Of a stretch of 64,000 bases of DNA, positions 9,902 through 20,488 are shown one piece after another; position 1 is the first letter of the stretch, and every line of letters starts with the position of its first letter. This stretch comes from Candidatus Omnitrophota bacterium (lineage in GTDB: Bacteria > Omnitrophota > Gorgyraeia > Duberdicusellales > Duberdicusellaceae). The notes under the pieces were generated by a model that was given only the letters and a program-made list of their open reading frames with translations, was not told the DNA's origin and made no database searches. A program made the position numbers and the translations under genes. The DNA lies in NCBI GenBank assembly GCA_016932855.1, contig JAFGCB010000014.1:6496-70495 (forward strand), written 5' to 3'.

Positions 9902-10792
9902 TTAATCTTTCCTGCAATTTACGACCACGTAAAGATCTTGACCCTCTTTTATAAAAATCCTGCCAATAGCTGCCAGCAACTTGTAAAAAGCAACCCTAAG
10001 CTTGCATAAACTATAATAAATAAGAGGAAAAAAAATGTTCTTGGACCCCGCCCTAATCTTTCTTTCTAAAGTCCTGGTGCCGAAACCGAAATTAAACAGA
10101 TAATATACATCATCGCAAAGTAAAGGGGCGGTTATAATCTTATCTACTCTGTAACTATGGGTCTCAAAGAACATCCTGATACTCTTCTTATCCCAGCGGG
10201 TTAAATGATGCGGCGGATAATCCCAGACCGATTTTTGAGGATAAATCCTGTCGCGATTGGGTATAGATAAAAACAGCTTAGCGTCATAAGCTAAAAAACC
10301 TTTAAGGAGCCTAAAAACCTCACCGGGAGCCTCCAAGTGCTCGAGAACCTGAAAAATAATTATAATATCGAACTTGGATTTTTCTTCATTTATACCTAAC
10401 TTATAAACATCCGATACGAAAGACTTATCTATGCCTAGGACGTTCTTGGTGAACTTAACTATATCCTTATTAATATCAACGGCTGTAACATCGCATCCTT
10501 TATCTTTAAGTTCTTTCAGAAAAATATTCCTCGAACACCCGATATTTAGAACCTTTTTTAAGTCCCATTCAATATCCTCTTTTAAAAAAGTCTTTTCATA
10601 CCAGCGAAGATAATCTAGCGACGCTCCTGATAAATCATACCACCACAGCTTCTCATACCAGGAGGCTGTGCCTGACTTCATGGGATTAGCAAAGATAACT
10701 TCGCAATCCCGGCATTTACGAAACCTATAACCCTGTGAAGTATATGTATTAATTTCATTATTATTATTAGAGAAGCATCCCGGACATTGCAT
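9902..10792 (-). CDS. Class I SAM-dependent methyltransferase with N-terminal Zn-ribbon
   Basis: MQCPGC...CRDC zinc ribbon. Motif I VLNIGCSRNIFLKELKDKGCDVTAVD. FDIIIIFQVLEHL. Confidence 0.75.
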   Translation of the reverse strand: MQCPGCFSNNNNEINTYTSQGYRFRKCRDCEVIFANPMKSGTASWYEKLWWYDLSGASLDYLRWYEKTFLKEDIEWDLKKVLNIGCSRNIFLKELKDKGCDVTAVDINKDIVKFTKNVLGIDKSFVSDVYKLGINEEKSKFDIIIIFQVLEHLEAPGEVFRLLKGFLAYDAKLFLSIPNRDRIYPQKSVWDYPPHHLTRWDKKSIRMFFETHSYRVDKIITAPLLCDDVYYLFNFGFGTRTLERKIRAGSKNIFFPLIYYSLCKLRVAFYKLLAAIGRIFIKEGQDLYVVVNCRKD

Positions 10793-10824
10793 TTTTAAAA
10801 AAGTTTTCGATTAATTATTTTATT

Positions 10825-12387
10825 CTAAAACAACACTCTATAGAGACGCACTTTGCCAAACGTATACAATAGCTCCCATTTTCCGGGGGGACGCTTAATA
10901 AATTCGGGAATCTCTTTAAATCTGGAAACCTTGCTGCCCTGGGGGCCTAGGAAAAATAAATCCGACTCATCTATTATTACATAAGTATCATCTAGCTCCC
11001 GATATTCTTTAACCCTAAAAATATTCTTAAATAGCGACTTTCTATTCTCTTCTTGCGAAAACAGCAAAAACCCCGAAAGAGGGTTCTGATAACTAGGCCC
11101 GGTTTTATATTTGGAATAATAATTGAGTCTCAAAGGCCAATTAACGCCCGTGCAATACACCGGCTTCAAAGGAAGACCTTTGATATAGTCGTAGACAAGT
11201 TGATATTTAACTTCTTCATCCTGATTATAAAGGCGCATCCGGTAAGAACCATATATTGAAGTAGCCAGAAGAAAAACCACTATTAGCGTCCTAAGGAACG
11301 AAAAAGAAATATTCCTACCTCTAAAATTCGCCTTGCTATTTGCCAAGCAATTATTTAAGAAAAAAGACAATATTAAGACTGCCGGGGCAGTTAAGACTGT
11401 CAAATACCTAAAACACTTGGGAATAAAATGCTGGGTCAAACTCCAGGCCCCAAATTCCAAGTATAAAAAAACTGTAAAAAACCAAAAAAGCAAAACATAA
11501 GCTTTTCTTAGCTTCTTAATAATAATCATAAGGGCCGAAAACAAAACAAAATAATAGAAAAATCCAAAACTTGAAAGCCCGTAGAGATTAAATCCGAACA
11601 TACCCTTAGGATATACTAATAAATTATGTTTTTGAATAACGAATTCGGGGGTTACCGCCATATACTCTCTAGCGAAGTGAGCATGAATCCGTAGTTGGAA
11701 GAGAAAATCTCCTGTTGAAAAGTATAAAAAAATCCAAAAGCATAATCCGAATAGAGCTGCCGCCACAAAGGGCAGGAAAAATGCTTTTTCATATTTACGC
11801 TTATAAGTAACATAAACGGCGAAAAACAATAATAATACCGCTGATACCTCTTTAACAAGAAAGCCTGCCCCAACAGCCAATCCGGAAGCGAACAGAGCCA
11901 AGATTCTTAAGAAATTGTTTTTTATTTGTTCAGCCTTAAGAAAAATAAATACCGATAAAATCATGAAAAATGCTGATACTACATCAGGAAACAACCGGGT
12001 GGCATAATTGATTTCCAAAGGAAAAAAAGAAAATAAAAAGGCTGCCAAGAGGGCGGTCTTATCGTCAAGGATAAGCTTTCCTAAATAAAAAACAAGGACA
12101 ATGCTTGCCAAAGAACAAACAAGAGGCCAAAGAACAGCCGCTATATCATTTACGCCTAAAATCAAAAACGATAAAGCAGTAGGCAAAGTTATTAAAAATC
12201 TGAACTCATAAGGGTTAGAAATATTCGCAACCTCAAAATTACCGCCTACTATAACCCTTGAACTGTGCGCATAAAGAAAAGAATCAAAACCTCCCATTCC
12301 TCCAAAAAGAAATAATCGTACGCCTAAGCCAAAAAGCAATATCAATGCCAATATATATCTGGGCTTAAGCCCTACGGAGCTAAACAT
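10825..12387 (-). CDS. Polytopic membrane glycosyltransferase, GT-C fold (PMT/ArnT, GT39/GT83-like)
   Basis: 520 aa, more than 10 TM helices. N-terminal LFLFGGMGGFDSFLYAH resembles the first-loop acidic motif of ArnT/PMT-type transferases. Confidence 0.45.
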   Translation of the reverse strand: MFSSVGLKPRYILALILLFGLGVRLFLFGGMGGFDSFLYAHSSRVIVGGNFEVANISNPYEFRFLITLPTALSFLILGVNDIAAVLWPLVCSLASIVLVFYLGKLILDDKTALLAAFLFSFFPLEINYATRLFPDVVSAFFMILSVFIFLKAEQIKNNFLRILALFASGLAVGAGFLVKEVSAVLLLFFAVYVTYKRKYEKAFFLPFVAAALFGLCFWIFLYFSTGDFLFQLRIHAHFAREYMAVTPEFVIQKHNLLVYPKGMFGFNLYGLSSFGFFYYFVLFSALMIIIKKLRKAYVLLFWFFTVFLYLEFGAWSLTQHFIPKCFRYLTVLTAPAVLILSFFLNNCLANSKANFRGRNISFSFLRTLIVVFLLATSIYGSYRMRLYNQDEEVKYQLVYDYIKGLPLKPVYCTGVNWPLRLNYYSKYKTGPSYQNPLSGFLLFSQEENRKSLFKNIFRVKEYRELDDTYVIIDESDLFFLGPQGSKVSRFKEIPEFIKRPPGKWELLYTFGKVRLYRVLF

Positions 12388-13786
12388 CGACCACCTCGAA
12401 TTCTTCCAAATAAGGAAGCATCATTACTATTGCCGCTAAAAACCAAAACGGCTCCATAATACGCACGATAATAAAAGTGTTAGCGCCAAAACCTTGAACA
12501 AGCAATCCTGTAAATCCGGCTAAAAAACCTAAAGACAAACCCTTGGCCCAGCTATTCTTTACGCCCTTAAAAATGGCTAAGGAATTTCGAAAAATCAATA
12601 TCAATAACCAGATAAATATCACAAAGCCTATAATCCCCGTTTCTCCCAAGACTCTGGGGTATTGAATATCAACAAGGCCAACCCCGGTAACTCCATAGCC
12701 TAATATTGGACTCTTAAGCCAATACCTGAACACTGTCCTCCAGCCCTCCACCCGGGCAACTGCTGATTGCTCCAAAGGAAGATTTTTTCCGAAGGCGTGA
12801 TAAGTCTTGTAGGGAGTAAAAGTTGATGCGATACGGCCGGTTATTGTATCCACTACCTGGGGAAGAAATACAAACACAATACAAACCACCAAAAGGGCCC
12901 CGGCGATAAGAAATAACCTTTTACTTCTGGATACCAAAATTATAACTGAGTACATTACAATAAAAGCAAGATAGCTGCTTCGGGAAAGAGTAAATATAAA
13001 AGAAGGAATTATGAAAAAACAAACTATGCCTGTAAATATTTTCCATGTTCTTGAACGACTGTATAAAAAGATGCCTATAGATACCGCGAACAATAAAACA
13101 AGATACCCTGCCAGGGTATTAGCCTCTCCGGCTTTTCCCTCAAAGGGAGCAGTTGTCCGGGATAAAACTCCGATTTGTGGCAAGGTGTAAATACAAACTA
13201 TAACACAGGTAAGTAGCAAGGCTATAATAAAGGTCTTAACTTGCTTTTGGTCGCGTATATTATTTGTGACCAAAAAATATAACATAAAATATTGAATGTA
13301 TTTTAGGACATAAAAAAAACTCGTAAGTGGGATGATATAAGCGTTTACTATTCCGACAATAGTCGAAATGATGCATACTGCAATATAACCTAATATAAGC
13401 GAAGTAAGAGAAGTCCGCCGTAAAAGCCCTAAGTCCTTATTCAAGGCCATCTTTGCAAGCCAGCCGAAAAAAACAACTCCTAAAAGGATATCATCCATCC
13501 TGACCACCACTTCTCTAGCTGGGACTTCGGCAAGTTTGAATTCAGGAGAAAGAAGCATGGAGAAAATCAATATAATTAAAGCCATATCAGTGTTTACAAA
13601 AGTGATTATCAAGACAACGAGTGAAAAAATAAGGGAAAAAACAAACAAAGGCAATTTTCCGGAAGCAAGATTAAGTTCGGGCTCAGAGGTTGGTGAATAA
13701 AAAATAAAGAAGATTATGATTATAAAGGCAATTAATAATAAGGCAGCTGAAATTTGCGATATGGCCTGGCCTTTTTTTCTACACAT
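12380..13786 (-). CDS. O-antigen ligase / Wzy_C-domain membrane protein (putative polymerase or O-glycosylation ligase)
   Basis: 468 aa polytopic protein. FTLSRSSYLAFIVMYSVIIL and a large periplasmic loop with GEANTLAGYL are typical of the Wzy_C/O-antigen-ligase family. Overlaps the upstream gene by 8 nt. Confidence 0.6.
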   Translation of the reverse strand: MCRKKGQAISQISAALLLIAFIIIIFFIFYSPTSEPELNLASGKLPLFVFSLIFSLVVLIITFVNTDMALIILIFSMLLSPEFKLAEVPAREVVVRMDDILLGVVFFGWLAKMALNKDLGLLRRTSLTSLILGYIAVCIISTIVGIVNAYIIPLTSFFYVLKYIQYFMLYFLVTNNIRDQKQVKTFIIALLLTCVIVCIYTLPQIGVLSRTTAPFEGKAGEANTLAGYLVLLFAVSIGIFLYSRSRTWKIFTGIVCFFIIPSFIFTLSRSSYLAFIVMYSVIILVSRSKRLFLIAGALLVVCIVFVFLPQVVDTITGRIASTFTPYKTYHAFGKNLPLEQSAVARVEGWRTVFRYWLKSPILGYGVTGVGLVDIQYPRVLGETGIIGFVIFIWLLILIFRNSLAIFKGVKNSWAKGLSLGFLAGFTGLLVQGFGANTFIIVRIMEPFWFLAAIVMMLPYLEEFEVVDV

Positions 13787-13816
13787 GAAAAACAGCTATA
13801 TTTATTACATTGAAAA

Positions 13817-13846
13817 TAAAAAAACGGGGCCGCGCCCCTATGCTCG
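13817..13846 (-). terminator. Rho-independent terminator downstream of the wzc-like gene
   Basis: Plus strand aaaaaaacGGGGCcgcGCCCC; on the minus strand this is a GC stem-loop followed by a U-run. Confidence 0.5.
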
Positions 13847-13903
13847 ATTTCCGCTTGATAATTCTAAGAGTAAAAACACTACTTGTTTACTGCATTTTCC
13901 TTT

Positions 13904-15814
13904 TTACTTCTCAGACCTGCTCTCGTCATCTCTGGTATAGTAGCCGTATTTTTTATAACGGTAGTAGTAAGGATAGGGCTCTATGGGCTCGGTCTGAGGC
14001 CGAGTATGATTAAGAACTATTCCGGAAATATTGGTATTTACTGAATCTAACTGTGCTTTGCAGCGCAGAAGAGCTTCCCGGGAAACTCTGCCAGTTTCAT
14101 AGCAGACAACGATAGAATCTACTAAATTAGCGATAAGAGAAGCGTCGGTTACCGGAAGGACCGGGGGCGAATCAAAAAATACCACATCAAATTCACTACG
14201 CAGCTGTTCAAGCAAGGAAGAAAACCTGCTCGAGGCTAAAAGTTCCGCCGGATTATGAGGTATAGTCCCGCAAGGAAGAACCCAGATATTCCTAAGCCCC
14301 GAGGGCTTTACCGCCTCATCGAATTCCATATCCCCCAATATAATGTCGGTAATGTTTCTTAAGGCGTCTTTTAAATTATCCAGACCCGACAGAACTTCAC
14401 TTAAGCCCGGCCGAGGCTCTATGCCGAAAGTCTTAGCCAAAGCAGGCCGGCGCATATCCGAAGAAACTAATAAGGTGCGCAGGCCCTCTTGTGCGGTAGC
14501 CAATCCTAAATTTGTCAAAATAGTAGTCTTTCCTTCCTGGGGAGAAGAGCTTGTAATAAGAATTACTTTTTTTGAAGGGCTTATCTTAAGATTAGTCCTT
14601 ATATTTCTGAAAGATTCCGATATAGGCGCAGTAGGCTTGTAATGAACTGCCAGACGGATATATTTCTCCTCCTCTTCGCTTTTGGGAGGAATAAAAAATC
14701 TTCTTTTTATCCTGTCTAAAATATTTCCTTTCGCCCTGGCTCCGGCCTCAATAGAAGGGACAACTCCCAATACCGACAATTTTGTGATATTTTCAACGTC
14801 TTCTATTGTACCTATAGAAGTATCAAGGGTCTCGGTAACAAAAGCTAAGACACTTCCCAAAATCAGGCCCATTATTCCGCCCAAAACCAAAGACAGCTTC
14901 CCCTGAGAGCCTATTGCAACCGGGGGCATGACCGCCGGATTGACCACTGAAACATCGGAAACTTCCTCAGCCTCGGTAATACGGGCCTGCTCCAGCTTTT
15001 CTTTAAGCATGGAATAAAGCTTTCTATTATCTTCCGTTTCCCTTTTTAGGCGGGCGTATTCCAGGGCCTCTTCAGAAAATCCTTTTATCTGATTCTTTAA
15101 ATCTACGACCTGCTCCTTAAGTTGTATCACTGTAGGGTGTTTTTCGGTATATTTCTGCAATAAGGCCGCGAGCTGAAATTCCAAATCTACAATCTTTTCT
15201 TGAATAGGTTCGGCAATGCTTATATTATCTATTTTATCATCGTATTCCTTAAGCCTGTTCTCGGTATCACTTAGTCGCACTTTAAGGGAATTGAGCTGCT
15301 CTTCGACAAATTCACGCACGCTGCGGGCCTGCTTATTCTTGCTAAGAAGGTTCTCCTCAACATATACCCGGGCGACAGCATTTGCTAAATCAACTGCTTC
15401 CTGAGGCTTTTTGGATGTAGCCATAATCTTTATTATATTTGTCCTTCCGATGAGCTCGGTTTCAACCTGCGAGCTTATTCTTGTTACCGCTTCATTAACC
15501 GCATCCAAAGGAGAGTTTTCTTCAATAAAACCAAGATGCAAGGCTACTTTCTTGATAACCGGATAGCCTTTAATGATCTTGGCCTGAGACTCCATAATAT
15601 CGCCGGGATTATAGGAAATCCATTCGGTAAGCAGCCCGGCGATTGTCTTTCTTTCTTCATATTTTACGGTAGTTGTAGACTGATAAAGGGTTATTTGACG
15701 GGAGGAATGAAAGCCGAAGAGTAGGACCGATAAGATAAAAGTAACAATAACGATAAACTTGCGTTTCCGGAAAATCCTTATATAATCGCGCAAATTTAGC
15801 TCGTATTGTACCAT
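13904..15814 (-). CDS. wzc: Polysaccharide co-polymerase / BY-kinase (Wzc-like tyrosine autokinase)
   Basis: N-terminal Wzz domain with TM helix. Walker A SSSPQEGKTT, Walker B VVFFDSPPV. C-terminal tyrosine cluster PYPYYYRYKKYGYYT. Confidence 0.8.
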   Translation of the reverse strand: MVQYELNLRDYIRIFRKRKFIVIVTFILSVLLFGFHSSRQITLYQSTTTVKYEERKTIAGLLTEWISYNPGDIMESQAKIIKGYPVIKKVALHLGFIEENSPLDAVNEAVTRISSQVETELIGRTNIIKIMATSKKPQEAVDLANAVARVYVEENLLSKNKQARSVREFVEEQLNSLKVRLSDTENRLKEYDDKIDNISIAEPIQEKIVDLEFQLAALLQKYTEKHPTVIQLKEQVVDLKNQIKGFSEEALEYARLKRETEDNRKLYSMLKEKLEQARITEAEEVSDVSVVNPAVMPPVAIGSQGKLSLVLGGIMGLILGSVLAFVTETLDTSIGTIEDVENITKLSVLGVVPSIEAGARAKGNILDRIKRRFFIPPKSEEEEKYIRLAVHYKPTAPISESFRNIRTNLKISPSKKVILITSSSPQEGKTTILTNLGLATAQEGLRTLLVSSDMRRPALAKTFGIEPRPGLSEVLSGLDNLKDALRNITDIILGDMEFDEAVKPSGLRNIWVLPCGTIPHNPAELLASSRFSSLLEQLRSEFDVVFFDSPPVLPVTDASLIANLVDSIVVCYETGRVSREALLRCKAQLDSVNTNISGIVLNHTRPQTEPIEPYPYYYRYKKYGYYTRDDESRSEK

Positions 15815-15933
15815 AATATTCTAGAAAAATTCTATCAGATTTACCCACCCCAATCAAGAAGATTAAGCGCTATTTGGCTTTCCTAATTACCCTTAAGCTT
15901 GACGCCTAAATTCTTATCTGATACCCTATCCTC
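15815..15933. promoter_or_regulatory. Divergent promoter region between wzc (-) and the ABC transporter (+); candidate -35 TTGACG
   Basis: Only strand switch in the first 17 kb. TTGACG-17nt-TACCCT lies upstream of the ATG at 15934. Confidence 0.3.
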
Positions 15934-16722
15934 ATGAATACAACAATAATAGAAACAAAAGAGATAACTAAACTCTTTTGGTCTCCTCTTTCTCTATCGA
16001 AAATATCAAGGTTAGATCTTAAAAGAACAAAGCCGGTCAAAGCCCTAGATCAAATATCTTTTAAATGCGACAAAGGCTCAACCTTAGTTGTTTTAGGGCC
16101 GAACGGTGCAGGAAAAACCACGCTACTTAAGATAATCTCTACTCTTGTGCTTGCCGACAAAGGCGAGGTTAAGATAGCCGGGTATAAGGTTGGTAAGGAT
16201 GATGAGAAAATAAAGTCGAAAATAGGCTTAGCTAGCGGGGAAGAGCGAAGTTTCTATTGGCGCCTTACCGGAAGACAGAATTTAGAGTTTTTTGCAAGCC
16301 TCTACGGCATGGATAAAAACGAAATTAAATCCCGGCTTGAGATATTATTTAAATTATTTAAGATTGACTACCAGGAAAAACGCTTTGATACCTACTCCAC
16401 TGGTATGAAAAGGCGATTTTCCCTTATAAGGGCCCTTATTCATGATCCGGAAATCTTACTTTTGGACGAACCCACAAAAAGCCTGGATTATAACTGCCGG
16501 CAGGAACTAACCAAGCTTATAAAAGAACTGACAATGAAGGGCAAAACCGTAATCTTGGCCACACATGATATACAAGAAGCCGAGAATTTATCTAGTTTAT
16601 TTATGATTCTTAACAAAGGAAGGCTCTGCGGATTCGGCTCTAAAGAAGAATTAAGTAAAAAGATAGGATTAGGCGCAACGAATCTGGCTAAAGTCTATTT
16701 AACCCTTACCGAGAATGTCTAA
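15934..16722 (+). CDS. ABC transporter ATP-binding protein (ABC-2 type; Wzt/TagH-like, no C-terminal CBM)
   Basis: Walker A LGPNGAGKTT, signature YSTGMKRR, Walker B LLLDEPT. Confidence 0.85.
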   Translation: MNTTIIETKEITKLFWSPLSLSKISRLDLKRTKPVKALDQISFKCDKGSTLVVLGPNGAGKTTLLKIISTLVLADKGEVKIAGYKVGKDDEKIKSKIGLASGEERSFYWRLTGRQNLEFFASLYGMDKNEIKSRLEILFKLFKIDYQEKRFDTYSTGMKRRFSLIRALIHDPEILLLDEPTKSLDYNCRQELTKLIKELTMKGKTVILATHDIQEAENLSSLFMILNKGRLCGFGSKEELSKKIGLGATNLAKVYLTLTENV

Positions 16723-17518
16723 AATAATTTCTCTACTAAAGAAAGATTTTTTAATTGAAACAAGTTACAAATTAGCCTTTTTATTCAATATCTTCGGCGT
16801 CATTAGCAGCCTGCTTATTTATTTCTTTATTGACAAACTTTTCGGCCAAAGAATAAGCCCGCACTTGGAAGAATTCGGAATAAATTATTTTTCTTATGTG
16901 CTTTTAAGCATGGCTTTCTTCAGTTATATCGGCGTAGGCATCGGCTCTTTTTCCTCCCGGATTAGAGCCGAACAAATACAGGGGACGCTGGAATCACTTC
17001 TGGTCACTCCCACCAAAATATCAATAATCCTCTTAAGTATGGGTCTCTGGAACCTCATCTTCGCCACAATCGACGTTTTTATATATATTTCTTTAGGGGT
17101 AATATTATTTAACATAAACTTTACTAATGTAAACCTTATTTCAACGCTCGCAGTATTAATCTTGACTATTATATCCTTTAGCAGCCTAGGCATACTTTCC
17201 GCCAGTTTTATAATGATTTTTAAACGGGGAAATCCTGTAGCCTGGATTATAAATACCCTAGAGGGCCTTTTAGGCGGTGTATATTTTCCGGTTAAGGTTA
17301 TGCCGGCTTTCCTGCAGTTTCTGGCTAGATTCCTACCGATTACCTATGCCATACGGGCAATGCAACTGGCTGTATACAAAGGACATACTGTCTTTGAGCT
17401 TAAAAATGAACTTCTTTTTCTTTTCTTGTTCTCCTGCCTGCTTCTACCTCTAAGCTTTACCTCTTTTAGCTACGCTCTTAAGAAAGCTCGCCTCCAAGGA
17501 AGCCTCCTGCAATACTAG
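16715..17518 (+). CDS. ABC-2 type transporter permease (Wzm-like)
   Basis: 267 aa, 6 TM. Overlaps the ATPase gene by 8 nt. ABC-2 permease topology. Confidence 0.7.
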   Translation: MSKIISLLKKDFLIETSYKLAFLFNIFGVISSLLIYFFIDKLFGQRISPHLEEFGINYFSYVLLSMAFFSYIGVGIGSFSSRIRAEQIQGTLESLLVTPTKISIILLSMGLWNLIFATIDVFIYISLGVILFNINFTNVNLISTLAVLILTIISFSSLGILSASFIMIFKRGNPVAWIINTLEGLLGGVYFPVKVMPAFLQFLARFLPITYAIRAMQLAVYKGHTVFELKNELLFLFLFSCLLLPLSFTSFSYALKKARLQGSLLQY

Positions 17519-17551
17519 CTTTACAGAAATGATTCAAACGGTTTTGTAACG

Positions 17552-18694
17552 TTAGGGGGTGAGGAGATTTTTTAAGCGGTGCAGGTAGTGGGTAGGGCGG
17601 ATTCTTGAAGGAGGCAAACCAAGGTTGTGGGCCAAAATAAGGGATGAAGGTAGAAAGCTCCTTTTAACAAAACGCAGTTTAGGAGAAAATCCTTTTTGTA
17701 GAAAAAGAAAAGCTAGCCAGCACATCCTGTAAGAACGCAGCCCTCTCTTGGCCAAATAGGAATAAATAAATTTCTGAAAGCCCGGCTTTAGCATTCCGGT
17801 ATATTTGGAATTAAGACTTTTCAAACCAAGTAATTCTTCCGTAAGAGCGAGGCTAAAATAGACAATCCCAGATATGCCCCACTCTCGGGAAAAATAATCA
17901 ATCCTTTGCCAATCCAGGTTTTCCGCGTAAGAAGATAAAACCATGGCAATATCCGACAATCTCATTAAGTTATCGAAAGAATGGATAAAAGCATGCAGAC
18001 ACAAATAAATTAAAAGATGCTCGGGACATAAAGCAAGAGCATCAACTCCGCCTATTTTAGTAGATTGTACTTTGCTCCAAACACTAAACATATCTATACG
18101 ACTGACTAAATCCTCCAAAGGCCAAGTGGTATTTACAAGGTGCCAGTGAAGATGTAAACAGTATTTAAAGGGCCTTTCTTTTTTGTACATAAGCGTGTTA
18201 AGAGGTAAGATGCGGGAATTTTTAAGAAAATCAAAGTAAGAGTCGGGGGTTATGTAGCCTAAAGAATTTAAAAGAAGGTTAGCCTCTTTAAGATTATCCT
18301 TGGCAATAAGTAAGTCTATATCGCTCATCGGACGTAAGGCTATATTCTTGTAAACATGTTCTGCCAGAAAAACCCCTTTAATAGCAATTGTTTTTATGTT
18401 TTTTTCGGAAAATTTAGCTATTATCTTTTCTGCCTCTTCGAATACAAGAGTATTACTCAAAGAATTAGCATAATACTTCCTCTTAAATTCCTCCCTAACA
18501 CTTAAAGGAACAAGACCGTTTAAATTCTTCAAACCCCGGTAAATAAGAGGATAAACTTTCTCCCTATAAGACTTATTAAGGATATATTGCCAGTCCACAC
18601 TGGAACCGGATAAGATCTGTTCAACCTGCTTTAAATAAGCGGCTCTGGCATTTAAGCCCAGCAAACAAGTTAATAATTCATCTTCTCTGCGCAT
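17552..18694 (-). CDS. Nucleotidyltransferase family protein (PF14907-like)
   Basis: Conserved RPMSDIDLLI (hG[GS]x..DxD-type NTase motif), about 380 aa. This family is commonly clustered with PqqD and HprK-like kinases. Confidence 0.45.
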   Translation of the reverse strand: MRREDELLTCLLGLNARAAYLKQVEQILSGSSVDWQYILNKSYREKVYPLIYRGLKNLNGLVPLSVREEFKRKYYANSLSNTLVFEEAEKIIAKFSEKNIKTIAIKGVFLAEHVYKNIALRPMSDIDLLIAKDNLKEANLLLNSLGYITPDSYFDFLKNSRILPLNTLMYKKERPFKYCLHLHWHLVNTTWPLEDLVSRIDMFSVWSKVQSTKIGGVDALALCPEHLLIYLCLHAFIHSFDNLMRLSDIAMVLSSYAENLDWQRIDYFSREWGISGIVYFSLALTEELLGLKSLNSKYTGMLKPGFQKFIYSYLAKRGLRSYRMCWLAFLFLQKGFSPKLRFVKRSFLPSSLILAHNLGLPPSRIRPTHYLHRLKNLLTP

Positions 18695-18699
18695 ACCTT

Positions 18700-19590
18700 T
18701 TATAGGACTTTACTCATGATAATTCGCTCTTTTTTAGTCTTTCTATCGCCTCTTCTTAACTCCCGGTCAATCGCAGGAACAGATACTTGATTAAACCCGA
18801 GCTTGCTGTATAAATTAACTGCCGGCTTATTATCCTTAAATACAAAGAGCCTCACTTGAGTAGCCCCTTCTTCTTTTAAAAACCTTAAGGCCGTATACGT
18901 AAGCTTGTAAGCAATGCCTAAACGCCGGTAAAACCAATGCACCTGCGTAGAATAAATCCACCATCCCCTATAAGCCTCATTATCGGTGAAATTATTAAGG
19001 TTTAAACCGGCAATAACCTTATCCTCTCTCTTGGCCAGGATACGTTTATCCAAACCATCTAAAGATTCAATCTCATAGTTTACTTTTACCCTAATAAGCG
19101 TTCTTACTATATAACGATAAACTTTAAAACCCTGCACCCAACGTAGCAACATACCAGCTATTTTACGCATAGCTTCTACAGCAAAATTAATCCTGGCGTA
19201 GAATAAAGCTATGGCCTTAAACAAGGGGCTATCGGGAAATATTCTCCTGTCCCCTCTTTGGATAAACTTAACCTTACCTAAAAGATCACCTGAAGCGACT
19301 TCTTCAGGCTCTATATTAGAATCCCCCCTGGCTATTAAAATAAGCTTTCCTTCGCGAAGACGCCTCTTTATAAACCTGTGGGCGGCCAGGCGTTTATCCG
19401 GAGTCTTATAAAATATCACCTCGCCCAAACGTATTTTATCGGCCGCGGCCCTTTCAACAGTAAGGATATCCCCGTCCAAGATAGACGGACACATACTTTT
19501 CCCCCTGGCCTTAAAGCGAAGAAGGCCTGCCTTATTAATAATATCCCGGCTTAACTTAAGAAATTCTATTTTGTCCAGCTTCACGGGCAA
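18700..19590 (-). CDS. Fusion protein: S24/S26 (LexA/signal-peptidase-like) serine peptidase domain + GNAT acetyltransferase domain
   Basis: N-terminal RGKSMCPSILDGDILTV (Ser of the Ser/Lys dyad) ... HRFIKRR ... GDLLGKV. C-terminal GATQVRLFVFKDNKPAVNLYSKLGFNQV (GNAT motif A/B). Confidence 0.45.
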   Translation of the reverse strand: MPVKLDKIEFLKLSRDIINKAGLLRFKARGKSMCPSILDGDILTVERAAADKIRLGEVIFYKTPDKRLAAHRFIKRRLREGKLILIARGDSNIEPEEVASGDLLGKVKFIQRGDRRIFPDSPLFKAIALFYARINFAVEAMRKIAGMLLRWVQGFKVYRYIVRTLIRVKVNYEIESLDGLDKRILAKREDKVIAGLNLNNFTDNEAYRGWWIYSTQVHWFYRRLGIAYKLTYTALRFLKEEGATQVRLFVFKDNKPAVNLYSKLGFNQVSVPAIDRELRRGDRKTKKERIIMSKVL

Positions 19591-20432
19591 CTATCTATAA
19601 AATCTAAAGAGCTTTGATCGGGAAGAAAACCGAAATCATGGCAGGAAACAGCGCCGGCTAAGCAGCCACAAAAATCAAGAGTAAAATCCGTTCCTTGCTT
19701 ATCCCAAAAAGGAGGAAAAGAGCAGACAAAAAGTCGCGAAACAGCTTCAATCTCTTTTAAGGCTTTAAGGCTATTTTCAGCGGCGTGTCTTAAGAAAAAT
19801 ATTTTCTCTAAAGGAACCTTACCGGAAGAACAAGCCTTTACATCTCCATACCAGGGCGTTCCGTACATCCAGAATCCCTGCTTGTCTTTACGGACAATAA
19901 TCCTATCGTCATTTAAGATATCCACCCCTTCTTTATCCTTCCATAACTTAGCGATGGTACTTTTGCCGGCTCCAGAGCTACCAACAAACAAAAAACCCTT
20001 ATTTTTATAACTGACCCCGCAGGAATGAAGAATTATACCCTTTCCCTTGGAAAGCAGATTTATCATAAGTATTTCCCCTAAAGGATATTCCAAAGGGAAA
20101 TTATAGCCGTCATTACTGTCCCGGTCATCCAGGTAAATACTGCCGGAAGTAAAGACCTTATCAAAAACAGCCGTAGCCGAAGTAGTCCTTAATATCCGCA
20201 AATCACCCTGCTTTGATATGCTCCATGTCCCGGAGACATCAAAAAAAGCCTCCTCTTGAATCTGATTATCATAAAGCCTTTCAATAATCTTAAGATTTAT
20301 ATCAGCTTTTTCTTTAGTTACGAACCGACGATAGGAATTATTATACAAACGGCAGGAATTAATACTTGCCGGATTAAGAGATATTACTATATCTCCCAAA
20401 GAAAATCTTAATTCATTTCCTGCCTTAGCCAT
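19581..20432 (-). CDS. HPr kinase-related P-loop kinase (HprK C-terminal domain-like)
   Basis: Walker A FLFVGSSGAGKSTIAKLW in an HprK-like context. 283 aa. Overlaps the downstream gene by 10 nt. Confidence 0.5.
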   Translation of the reverse strand: MAKAGNELRFSLGDIVISLNPASINSCRLYNNSYRRFVTKEKADINLKIIERLYDNQIQEEAFFDVSGTWSISKQGDLRILRTTSATAVFDKVFTSGSIYLDDRDSNDGYNFPLEYPLGEILMINLLSKGKGIILHSCGVSYKNKGFLFVGSSGAGKSTIAKLWKDKEGVDILNDDRIIVRKDKQGFWMYGTPWYGDVKACSSGKVPLEKIFFLRHAAENSLKALKEIEAVSRLFVCSFPPFWDKQGTDFTLDFCGCLAGAVSCHDFGFLPDQSSLDFIDSCP

Positions 20433-20488
20433 ATTATCTACCCAAAAAGAAATAGTTTCATTCCGAAGGTAAGAAATTTATACGGCTG

